Positions 1 through 6,993 of a DNA stretch of 15,570 nt are shown piece after piece. Source of the stretch: a virus. Within the stretch, counting starts at the first letter, position 1; every line of letters starts with the position of its first letter. The stretch lies in IMG/VR virus record IMGVR_UViG_3300045918_000243; one strand, written 5' to 3'. The notes below the pieces were generated by a model, which did not search any database, had not been told where the DNA came from, and was given only the letters and a program-made list of their open reading frames with translations. The position numbers and the translations under genes are program-made.

Positions 1-127
1 CCTTTCGCGGCATTGGCGAAAGTCTCCCACTAATCTATGCCGTCTAATGTCCACCTCCGTGGGATGTTTATCCCGTGGCATTATGGAATCGCGGCACCCG
101 ACTAATTGAGCGGGCGGAATCTGTAGC
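1..127. repeat. Left copy of an exact 127-bp terminal direct repeat (identical to 15444..15570); circular-closure overlap
   Basis: Base-by-base reading: cctttcgcggcattggcgaaagtctcccactaatctatgccg...gcgggcggaatctgtagc occurs at both window ends. It carries the 3' end of the 54-aa ORF (1..33) and the portal start. Confidence 0.95.
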
Positions 128-1214
128 AGCGGAAACCCGCGCCATGAGCGGGGACTCCCTCATCGACGCGCTAGAGGGACTGTCCCGTAACGTGTGGTGG
201 TCCGTTTCGGACGACCTAGCCATGCGGGTCCCGGCGTTCCGCCGGGCCACGAACCTTATTTCGGGGACTGTCGCCCAATTGCCGCTAGTCCAGTGGCGCA
301 ACGGGGAACTAGTCGAAGATAACCCGCTACTCAGGCAGCCGGAAGCGGATAAAGCCGCATGGGTCACGATCCAACGACTGGTGCAGGATCTCGCCCTGTA
401 TGGCAAGGGCTATTGGATGGTCCGGGACGTGGACGCGGCGGGCTACCCCACAAAGGTTCGTGGCTTGGAAGCGGAAGAAGTCACCGAACCAGAGGACAAG
501 CCCCACACGGTCATTTGGAACGGCAAGGAATGGCCCGTATCCCACCCAGCGGGGCCGGGGACACAGGTGGGTCAGGTCATCGTGTTCACCGGGTTCGATA
601 ACGGCGTCCTAGTAGACGGTGCGCAGTCCATCGCCCTGGCGATTGCATTGGAAGAAGCAGCCAAGCGTTACGCAGACGTGCCGCTGCCGTCCATCGCCCT
701 AAAGAATACGGGCGCGGATCTCCCACCGGATCAGGTGGAGGCGCTGCTTGCCGCGTGGGAGGATGCCCGCGCCAACCGCGCCACCGCGTACCTGTCATCC
801 GTCGTGGACACGGAGACTTTCGGGTTCAGCCCCGCAGAATTGACCCTCACGGAAGCTCGCAATTTCGCATCGTTGGAAATCGCCCGTCTGTTTAACCTTG
901 ACGGCTTCTGGATCGGCGCGAACGTGTCCGGGTCCTCCCTCTCCTACTCCAATCGCGTGGATCTGCGTAAGGATCTCATCGACATAACGCTCATCGACTA
1001 CATGGCGCCGATTGAGCAACGGCTGTCTATGCGGGATGTGACCCCGACCCTCACGTCAAACGTGGTGCGGTTCTCAACCGTGGACTTCCTGCGATCCAAC
1101 CTCGCAGACCGGGTAGCCATCGTTGCCCAATTGCTGCCGTATCCCGGCGTGATGAGTGAAGCGGAAGCCCGCGATTTCCTGAGAGACACACCATCGAAGG
1201 GTGGACCCGCATGA
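75..1214 (+). CDS. Portal protein (HK97-type portal family pattern)
   Basis: 379-aa ORF between the large terminase and the prohead protease. The C-terminal region (SLSYSNRVDLRKDLIDITLIDYMAPIEQRL) resembles the conserved portal core. Its stop overlaps the next start (ATGA at 1211-1214). The start is uncertain: GTG 75 is the first start after the in-frame TAA at 45-47, ATG 147 is an alternative, and neither has a strong SD. Confidence 0.8.
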   Translation: MALWNRGTRLIERAESVAAETRAMSGDSLIDALEGLSRNVWWSVSDDLAMRVPAFRRATNLISGTVAQLPLVQWRNGELVEDNPLLRQPEADKAAWVTIQRLVQDLALYGKGYWMVRDVDAAGYPTKVRGLEAEEVTEPEDKPHTVIWNGKEWPVSHPAGPGTQVGQVIVFTGFDNGVLVDGAQSIALAIALEEAAKRYADVPLPSIALKNTGADLPPDQVEALLAAWEDARANRATAYLSSVVDTETFGFSPAELTLTEARNFASLEIARLFNLDGFWIGANVSGSSLSYSNRVDLRKDLIDITLIDYMAPIEQRLSMRDVTPTLTSNVVRFSTVDFLRSNLADRVAIVAQLLPYPGVMSEAEARDFLRDTPSKGGPA

Positions 1215-2725
1215 CCACAATGGATCTGGCCACTGTCCTGACGTTCCGTGAGACACCCGACAACCCCGACGTTGCCGCCACCTTTGAGGGGCTAGCCGTC
1301 CCGTATGGGGAAGCCGCAGACTTGGGGGGCATCCGGGAGGCGTTCGGTCCCGGCGCATTCGATCCTGCGGAAGTCATCGGGAAGCCTCTGTGCTGGCGGC
1401 ACGGTGAACCTATCGGGAAGATTACCCACGCGGAGAACACGGACAGCGGACTGACGGTGCGCGGCGATATCGCTAACACGACGCTCGGGCGTGACGCGGC
1501 AGTCATGGCCCGTATGGGTATCGGACTGTCCGTCGGTTTTGAGCCGCGTGAGTCCGTGTGGAATAAGACTAAGGATTTCGTCACCCACGTCCGTGCCGGA
1601 CTCGGGGAACTATCGCTCACCCATATGCCCGCCTACGCCAGTGCGGGTGTGACCACCACAAGAGAGGAAACGCCAATGTCCGATACGGACACCATGACCG
1701 CGCCGGACAAGGCAGCAGCGGTTGAGTACGCCACGCGGGACGATCTGCTTTCCATCCGGGAACGCATCGCCAGCATGGAAGCCCCGGCCCCCACCACGGA
1801 AGCGAACCCGCTTGCCGCATACCGTTCCCTCGGTGAGTACTCGCAGGCGGTCTACCGTGGCGAGATCTCGACCCGCGCCATCATCGACCAGATCACCGTC
1901 AACAACCCCGGCGTGTTGCAGCCCAACTGGGTGAACGAAGTCAAGGGAATCGTCTCCCACGGACGCCCCGGCATCACCGCCCTCGGTGTGGAGTCCGCCG
2001 GATCATCGGGCATGGACTTCAACTGGCCCTACTTCGACGGCGACCTTGCCGCGATTGTCGCAGTGCAGGCAGCGCAAAAGACCGACGTAAACAGTGTCCG
2101 CATCGACATCAAGAAGGGTACGGCGTCGCTGGCCACCTACGCGGCAGCGTCCGACATCTCCTACCAGTTGCTCATGCGTTCCGCGCCGTCCTACCTGGAC
2201 GCGCACAACCGGATCATGGCCGCGTCATACGCTGCCGTGACTGACAACGCCTTCGTTGACGCTCTCGTCGCGGGTGGTACGGCTTCCGCCGTTGACTACG
2301 ATCTGGCAGCGGACACCGACGGTCACCTGTTCCGGGCTGCTGTGTTCGCAGCATCGGTGGAGGTTGAGGCCGCCACGGGTAGCCCCGCTTCCGTCGTCCT
2401 GGTCGCCACGGACGTGTTCGCCAAGGCAGGCGGCTGGACCACTCTATTCCCGGCCCCATACGGCACGATGAACGCCAACGGAACCGCCACCGCGTCCACC
2501 CTCTCGGTGTCCGTGTCCGGGCTTCCCGTCGTGCATGACCGAAACCTCGCAGCGGGTTCCATCATCGTGACGAACACTCTGGCCGCGTCGTGGATTGAGG
2601 ACGGCCCGATGTTCGCGGACGCGGAGGTTCCGACCCGGCTCGGGCGTGACGTCGCCCTGTTCGGGTTCGGTGTGACCGCGATTTACCTGCCCAAGGGCGT
2701 CGTCAAGGTGACGAACCTCCCTTAG
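1211..2725 (+). CDS. Prohead (capsid maturation) protease fused in frame to the major capsid protein
   Basis: 504-aa ORF. Residues about 20-145 carry the HK97 prohead protease (peptidase S78-like) pattern: FEGLAVPYGE..FGPGAF..GKPLCWRHGEPIG..LTVRGDI..TTLGRD..GLSVGF..GELSLTHMPAY. A short helical linker follows (DDLLSIRERIASME). The remaining roughly 300 aa have the size and position of an HK97-fold capsid protein. No stop codon separates the two parts. Confidence 0.8.
   Translation: MTTMDLATVLTFRETPDNPDVAATFEGLAVPYGEAADLGGIREAFGPGAFDPAEVIGKPLCWRHGEPIGKITHAENTDSGLTVRGDIANTTLGRDAAVMARMGIGLSVGFEPRESVWNKTKDFVTHVRAGLGELSLTHMPAYASAGVTTTREETPMSDTDTMTAPDKAAAVEYATRDDLLSIRERIASMEAPAPTTEANPLAAYRSLGEYSQAVYRGEISTRAIIDQITVNNPGVLQPNWVNEVKGIVSHGRPGITALGVESAGSSGMDFNWPYFDGDLAAIVAVQAAQKTDVNSVRIDIKKGTASLATYAAASDISYQLLMRSAPSYLDAHNRIMAASYAAVTDNAFVDALVAGGTASAVDYDLAADTDGHLFRAAVFAASVEVEAATGSPASVVLVATDVFAKAGGWTTLFPAPYGTMNANGTATASTLSVSVSGLPVVHDRNLAAGSIIVTNTLAASWIEDGPMFADAEVPTRLGRDVALFGFGVTAIYLPKGVVKVTNLP
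1676..2725 (+). CDS. Candidate nested in-frame product: capsid protein alone, from an internal start
   Basis: An in-frame ATG at 1676 (Met156) lies exactly at the protease/capsid boundary. It is preceded by agagaggaaa (1661-1670), an SD-like purine block 5 nt upstream. Confidence 0.35.
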   Translation: MSDTDTMTAPDKAAAVEYATRDDLLSIRERIASMEAPAPTTEANPLAAYRSLGEYSQAVYRGEISTRAIIDQITVNNPGVLQPNWVNEVKGIVSHGRPGITALGVESAGSSGMDFNWPYFDGDLAAIVAVQAAQKTDVNSVRIDIKKGTASLATYAAASDISYQLLMRSAPSYLDAHNRIMAASYAAVTDNAFVDALVAGGTASAVDYDLAADTDGHLFRAAVFAASVEVEAATGSPASVVLVATDVFAKAGGWTTLFPAPYGTMNANGTATASTLSVSVSGLPVVHDRNLAAGSIIVTNTLAASWIEDGPMFADAEVPTRLGRDVALFGFGVTAIYLPKGVVKVTNLP

Positions 2726-2814
2726 TGCAGCAGCTGGCCACTCGCACCGTGGCCCCGCCCGTTGAGCTCCCGGTGACCACGGCTAGACGGCGTAAGACTG
2801 CAAAACCCTAAGAC

Positions 2815-2860
2815 GTGCTGGGGGCGGGGGTAGCCCCCTCCGGGTTCCCGCCCCCAGCAC
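2815..2860 (+). terminator. Perfect 14-bp inverted repeat (stem-loop) downstream of the capsid gene; no U-tract
   Basis: gtgctgggggcggg (2815-2828) pairs perfectly with cccgcccccagcac (2847-2860) around an 18-nt loop. It lies 90 nt after the capsid stop and just before the SD of the next gene. Only tt follows the stem. Confidence 0.45.
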
Positions 2861-2880
2861 TTACACAGGAAGGACATACC

Positions 2881-3228
2881 GTGACCGTTCCCATTCCACC
2901 GGCCCCGCTGGTGACAGCGGACGAATTGGCGGCTGTCCTCGGTATGCCCGTCCCCTCCACGAACACGGACGTCGCCGCGTCAGCTGACGCCGCGAACGGA
3001 TGGCTGGCACACTTCCTGACCCCACTCCCAGACCACTCAACCCATGAATGGTGCAAGCGGGCCGCCTTGGAAGTGTCCGTGTCCATGTATCAAAGCCCAC
3101 GTTCCGCTGGTGGGCAGCCCGTCAACATTGACTTTCAACCCGCCCCGTACGCCATGGGCGCGTCCATGATCCGCCGCGTGTCCGGGCTGGTAGGCCCATG
3201 CCGTGACGTCAACGGAATGGTCGGCTAA
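2881..3228 (+). CDS. Head-tail adaptor/connector (gp6-like pattern)
   Basis: GTG 2881 is preceded by AGGAAGGA (2867-2874) with 6-nt spacing. The N-terminal LVTADELAAVLGMPV and the later KRAALEVSVSMYQS fit the head-tail connector pattern. It is the first gene after the capsid gene. The track start at 2815 would place the hairpin inside the CDS. Confidence 0.6.
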   Translation: MTVPIPPAPLVTADELAAVLGMPVPSTNTDVAASADAANGWLAHFLTPLPDHSTHEWCKRAALEVSVSMYQSPRSAGGQPVNIDFQPAPYAMGASMIRRVSGLVGPCRDVNGMVG

Positions 3229-3656
3229 TGGCACTGACCACGGACGCACGGCATGAGATCACTACAGCATTCCAAGCCGCTGGTCTACCCGCCTACGCCT
3301 ACCTTCCGTCCACAGTGTCCGTTCCCGCCGTGGTCATCACCCCGGCAGACCCCTACGTTGAGCATGACCGCATCGGCGCGACCCTCACCTACACGGCAAT
3401 GTTCCGCGTGTCCATCATCACTGCCGCCCTAGACAATGAGTCCGGGCTTGCGGCGTGCGAGGACTTGATTGACGCCGTGATGACGGCCCTCCCGGACGGG
3501 GTGCGGCCCACCCGTGTCGGCCCGCCACTGACAGACGACCTAGGCGCACAGGGCGCGGCCTACGTCGCGGAAATGATTATCGCCGCTCATGTGACCGGCC
3601 CCGCCCCCGTCCCACGGAAAGCCCCCACCACTAACAGAAAGGTCCGCACGCCATGA
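3228..3656 (+). CDS. Neck protein (tail terminator / head-tail joining type; function tentative)
   Basis: 142 aa, with a TAATG overlap to the adaptor and an ATGA overlap to the major tail gene. Its position is directly upstream of the major tail protein. The N-terminal pattern (..AGLPAYAYLP....VPAVVITPADP..) resembles tail-completion/terminator families. Confidence 0.5.
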   Translation: MALTTDARHEITTAFQAAGLPAYAYLPSTVSVPAVVITPADPYVEHDRIGATLTYTAMFRVSIITAALDNESGLAACEDLIDAVMTALPDGVRPTRVGPPLTDDLGAQGAAYVAEMIIAAHVTGPAPVPRKAPTTNRKVRTP

Positions 3657-4048
3657 CTCTGGTGACCGGAAAGAATTGCGATTTGACGATTGGCACTAAG
3701 GACTACAAGGGCGTCACGAACGCTTTTGAGTTGAAGTTCGATTCCACGGCGGTGGAGTACCAGACCCTTGCCGGTCCTCTCGCCGGTCCCGGCGCGGAGA
3801 CTGGCACGCTGGACCTGACGTGGGCGTATGACTCGGGTGAAACCACGGACAGTCTGTTTGACGACCTGTGGACGGCTGTGGACGCCGGGACACCCATCGC
3901 CTACGTCGCCACCGTCGGCAAATCCAAGTTCACGGGTACAGCTATCGCGGCCCGCCCGAACGCTCCCGCGAACGCTGACGGCGTATCTGAATGCACCGTG
4001 TCCATGGCGCTCAACGGAATCCCCGTGAAGGCAGCCGTAACCCCTTAA
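3653..4048 (+). CDS. Major tail protein (small, 131 aa)
   Basis: It lies immediately upstream of the chaperone/tape-measure block and is followed by a stem-loop. The sequence is beta-rich and T/G/A-rich. The call rests on synteny; no motif is diagnostic by eye. Confidence 0.6.
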   Translation: MTLVTGKNCDLTIGTKDYKGVTNAFELKFDSTAVEYQTLAGPLAGPGAETGTLDLTWAYDSGETTDSLFDDLWTAVDAGTPIAYVATVGKSKFTGTAIAARPNAPANADGVSECTVSMALNGIPVKAAVTP

Positions 4049-4050
4049 TA

Positions 4051-4083
4051 GGACCGGCACCGCTGCTGATGGTTGACCGGTCC
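4051..4083 (+). terminator. Stem-loop after the major tail gene (attenuator/terminator candidate)
   Basis: ggaccgg (4051-4057) pairs with ccggtcc (4077-4083) around a 19-nt loop, starting 3 nt after the stop at 4048. There is no U-tract. Confidence 0.3.
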
Positions 4084-4108
4084 GCCACCGAACCCGGAGG
4101 GAAACAGA

Positions 4109-4390
4109 ATGAAACTAGTGCTAGAGGTAACAGACCTGCAAGGGGCCAAGCGGGAAGTGACCGCTGGGTTTTCTGACCAGGTGCGTTATGAGGAGATCAC
4201 CGGGCGGACGGTGACAACGTGGGGCAGCAGCCCACCCGGTGTCCGTGACTGGGCGCTGCTGGCATGGCTGGCGGAGACACGGGAAGCGAAACCGTTCCGT
4301 GCATGGACGGACGTCGCTGAAATGGTGACGTTAGTCCGCACGGTGGACGCGGACCCTACCCAGCCGGGAGCCGCACCCGGCACGCCATAG
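4109..4390 (+). CDS. Tail assembly chaperone (gpG-like position)
   Basis: ATG 4109 is preceded by GGAGGGAAA (4096-4104). The product is 93 aa and lies between the major tail gene and the tape measure. The -1 frame stays open past its stop. Confidence 0.6.
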   Translation: MKLVLEVTDLQGAKREVTAGFSDQVRYEEITGRTVTTWGSSPPGVRDWALLAWLAETREAKPFRAWTDVAEMVTLVRTVDADPTQPGAAPGTP

Positions 4391-4503
4391 AACTAGCGCT
4401 AGCCCTGAAACGACCACTAGCGGAAGTCAAGGGCTGGACCAGTGAGGAGTTAGCCACCGTGTGGGAGGTGTTGAATGCCGTCGCAGAAAATAGTGGAGAT
4501 TAA
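4321..4503 (+). other. Open -1 frame overlapping the chaperone 3' end (candidate gpT-like frameshift extension)
   Basis: The frame one base back from the chaperone frame is open from 4321 to the TAA at 4501-4503. It reads ...IELALALKRPLAEVKGWTSEELATVWEVLNAVAENSGD and has no ATG; GTG/TTG appear only at 4459-4471, near its end. No canonical XXXYYYZ heptamer is present; the nearest candidates are G CCG GGA (4363-4369) and A CCC GGC (4375-4381). Confidence 0.35.
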
Positions 4504-4915
4504 GGGGCTTAATGCCGTCCTGCGGGCGCTCAACGCCTTCCCGAAGGAAGCCAACGTCGAACTAAAGCAGGAATCATCCATCATCGCCAAGACGCTGATG
4601 GTCCCGTCCTATCAGCAGGCGGCTAGGTCCGTCCCCCACTGGGGGGAAATCCTCGCCGGGACAGTCAGGGCGAAACTTGACCGCATCCCGGCAGTGAACA
4701 TCGGCTACGCGGGAGCTAGGTATCGACTGTCCGGTGGGGCAACCCCGAACATGCTGCGTTACCCGTCCGCGTCCGGTAACCGTCGCGGATCATTCGCCCC
4801 CTTCACCCACACAAATTGGCTGGCACGGGCTGAGGGATACAAGCCCGCAGCAATGCAGGCGTGGGGGGATGCGCTGGAACGTGTCGTTCGCAAATGGAAT
4901 AGGGGTCCGGGCTGA
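4475..4915 (+). CDS. HK97 gp10-like head-tail joining / tail-completion protein
   Basis: ATG 4475 is preceded by GGGAGG (4463-4468) with 6-nt spacing. The N-terminus IVEIKGLNAVLRALNAFPKEANVELKQESSIIAKTL fits the gp10-like family pattern (x-V-E-I-K-G-L-..-L..L...PK). Its stop overlaps the tape-measure start (TGATG). Confidence 0.55.
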   Translation: MPSQKIVEIKGLNAVLRALNAFPKEANVELKQESSIIAKTLMVPSYQQAARSVPHWGEILAGTVRAKLDRIPAVNIGYAGARYRLSGGATPNMLRYPSASGNRRGSFAPFTHTNWLARAEGYKPAAMQAWGDALERVVRKWNRGPG

Positions 4916-6993
4916 TGGCTACCGGTGGCCGCACACTCACCGTCTACCTAGCGGCGGACACGTCGAAGGCGACGAAGGAGCTTAAAGGGTTCGGCGGTAC
5001 GATGGCGTCCACGTTCGGCCCCGCCCTGGCGCTAGCAGGCGCGGCAGCGGGCGCGTTCGCCGTGAAAATCGGTGTGGATGCTGTGCAGGCAGCGTCCAAC
5101 CTCAACGAAACAATGAACAAAACCAATGTGGTGTTCGGTGACTCTGCTGACGCGCTGGGCAAGTGGGCGAAGGACGCCGATACTGCCATGGGGCTGTCAC
5201 AGCAGGCAGCCCTTGACGCGGCTTCCGGGTTCGGTGTCATGGGGCAGGCAGCCGGTCTAACCGGTAGCGACGTCGCCAACTTCGCGCAGGGGTTGACCGG
5301 GCTTGCCGCTGATATGGCGTCTTTCTCCAATACGTCCGTGCAGGATGCTATCAACGCCATTGGGTCCGGTCTACGCGGTGAAGCCGAACCCCTCCGCGCC
5401 TACGGGGTACTCCTGGACGATGCCACTTTGAAGGCCAAGGCCATGGAAATGGGGATCTATAACGGCATTGGGGCGCTCAGCCAGCAGCAGCGGGTACTCG
5501 CAGCACAAGCAGCGATCATGGCGCAGACCGCGCAGCAGCAGGGAGACTTTCAGCGCACATCGGAAGGACTGGCGAACCAGACCCGTATCCTGTCCGCCCA
5601 ATTCGACAACCTGAAAGTAGCGTTAGGTCAAGCGCTGCTACGCGGCATGGGTGGCACCACGGACGCCACGAAGTCGATATCCCAGTCGATGAAGGATGCC
5701 ACCCCGATTGTGGAATTCTTCGGGGCGGCTATCGGTGGGCTGATTGAACCGCTGCTGAAAATCGCGGGCGCGGCAGGGAAGGCCACCGGCCCTATCGCCC
5801 GTCTAGCGGAAGCCGCGTCTGGCGGTTCGGTTGGCGCGTCCGATCTGGCCTACGGGTTGAATCCGCTGTATTGGGCGTTGAAATTCGCGGGGTCCGCCGC
5901 AGATATGGCCGCTAGGGGTATCAACGCCACGACTGCTGCTGGTGCTGCTGCCGCTAATCAGGCCGCTGTCGTCACCGCCCGTTACAACGGTCTGGCTAGT
6001 GCAGCGTTCCAAGCCGCTTTCGCCACGAATCAATTGGCGGCAGCAGAGTCGCGGTCCCGTGCTATCTCTGCGGAAGGTTCCCGCTACACGGCGATGGCCG
6101 TGCAGCAATTTGGGAAGTCGATTTCGTACACCGGTGGCACGTTGCAGACGTACCTCTCCCAATTGCACTCCGTCGCATCGGCCACCGGCGGTGGCGGTGG
6201 CGGTGGCGGCGGCGGTGGCGGTGGTGTTACGGGCGCTACGAAGGCGGCTACTGCCGCTATGGACGCGATGACCGCTGCCACCCAAAAGCACATTGACAAA
6301 CTAGATATTGCCGTAGGCAGGTTGAAAGATGCTAAGGCGGCGTGGCAGGACTACGCCGATTCCATCAGTAAGGGGATCTCCGGTGGTCAGGATCTCGCCG
6401 CGTGGATGAAGGAATGGGAGGACGCCGGGAGGAATGGCACCCTCACTGATTTCATTAACGCCAAGATTGGCGGGCAACTAGATTTCTCTGCGCTGCTGGG
6501 AACGATCCCGAACATTCCCAACACGCCCGGTGGTCAGGCGCTCATAAGCCAGATAGCGGCCATGGGGCCGATAGCGGGAACCGATTTCATTAACCAATTC
6601 GGGATCACCGCCCTCGCTGGTCTGGCAACCACCATGGATACGTCCAATGCGGCGTTCCAAGTGGTGGCCGCACAGTGGGCCACCGTGTTCTACGGCGAAG
6701 GTGTCAACGCTGCCACAGCGATGGTGGACGGCATGACCGCGAAGGTCATTGAAGATGAGAAGAAACTCCGCGCCCTCGGTAAGGCCATCGGTGAACCCAT
6801 CGGGGAAGCAATCAAAACGGCGATTGTCAACGCCCTCAACGCTGCCATGGCGGAAGTAGGCGCAAAGTCATCAGCAGCCAGTAACCGGTCAAGCCAGCAG
6901 TCCGTATCCGCTCTCGGGGTTAACCCGCTGGACGCGGCCCGAACTATTGAGGCTGCTATCAGCGCGAAGCAAGCCCGCCTAGGGGTCAAGTAA
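4915..6993 (+). CDS. Tape measure protein
   Basis: This is the largest ORF (692 aa). It is Ala/Gly/Gln-rich and predicted helical, has hydrophobic glycine-zipper-like stretches (GPALALAGAAAGAFAV), and lies downstream of the chaperone region. Confidence 0.85.
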   Translation: MATGGRTLTVYLAADTSKATKELKGFGGTMASTFGPALALAGAAAGAFAVKIGVDAVQAASNLNETMNKTNVVFGDSADALGKWAKDADTAMGLSQQAALDAASGFGVMGQAAGLTGSDVANFAQGLTGLAADMASFSNTSVQDAINAIGSGLRGEAEPLRAYGVLLDDATLKAKAMEMGIYNGIGALSQQQRVLAAQAAIMAQTAQQQGDFQRTSEGLANQTRILSAQFDNLKVALGQALLRGMGGTTDATKSISQSMKDATPIVEFFGAAIGGLIEPLLKIAGAAGKATGPIARLAEAASGGSVGASDLAYGLNPLYWALKFAGSAADMAARGINATTAAGAAAANQAAVVTARYNGLASAAFQAAFATNQLAAAESRSRAISAEGSRYTAMAVQQFGKSISYTGGTLQTYLSQLHSVASATGGGGGGGGGGGGGVTGATKAATAAMDAMTAATQKHIDKLDIAVGRLKDAKAAWQDYADSISKGISGGQDLAAWMKEWEDAGRNGTLTDFINAKIGGQLDFSALLGTIPNIPNTPGGQALISQIAAMGPIAGTDFINQFGITALAGLATTMDTSNAAFQVVAAQWATVFYGEGVNAATAMVDGMTAKVIEDEKKLRALGKAIGEPIGEAIKTAIVNALNAAMAEVGAKSSAASNRSSQQSVSALGVNPLDAARTIEAAISAKQARLGVK
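6187..6225 (+). repeat. Imperfect (GGC/GGT)13 trinucleotide tract encoding Gly13 inside the tape measure
   Basis: ggcggtggcggtggcggtggcggcggcggtggcggtggt read directly; in the TMP frame it is 13 consecutive Gly codons. Confidence 0.95.

Noticed and set aside
1-127. Terminal 127-bp direct repeat as a biological feature (phage DTR, LTR or insertion-sequence end)
   Set aside because: The repeat cuts through coding sequence (the 54-aa ORF end and the portal start) and joins them seamlessly. Its length equals a common maximum assembler k-mer. The HNH and terminase genes next to an AT-rich repeat region point to cos ends elsewhere. I treat it as a circular-closure overlap, although read-level data are needed to exclude a true DTR.
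2815-2880. Upstream GTG start (2815) for the adaptor gene
   Set aside because: It would place the perfect 14-bp stem-loop inside the coding sequence. GTG 2881 has a strong AGGAAGGA SD at ideal spacing.
6084-6299. Minus-strand ORF with a poly-proline run (PPPPPPPPPPPPP)
   Set aside because: It is simply the reverse-complement reading of the GGC/GGT Gly13 tract inside the tape-measure gene.
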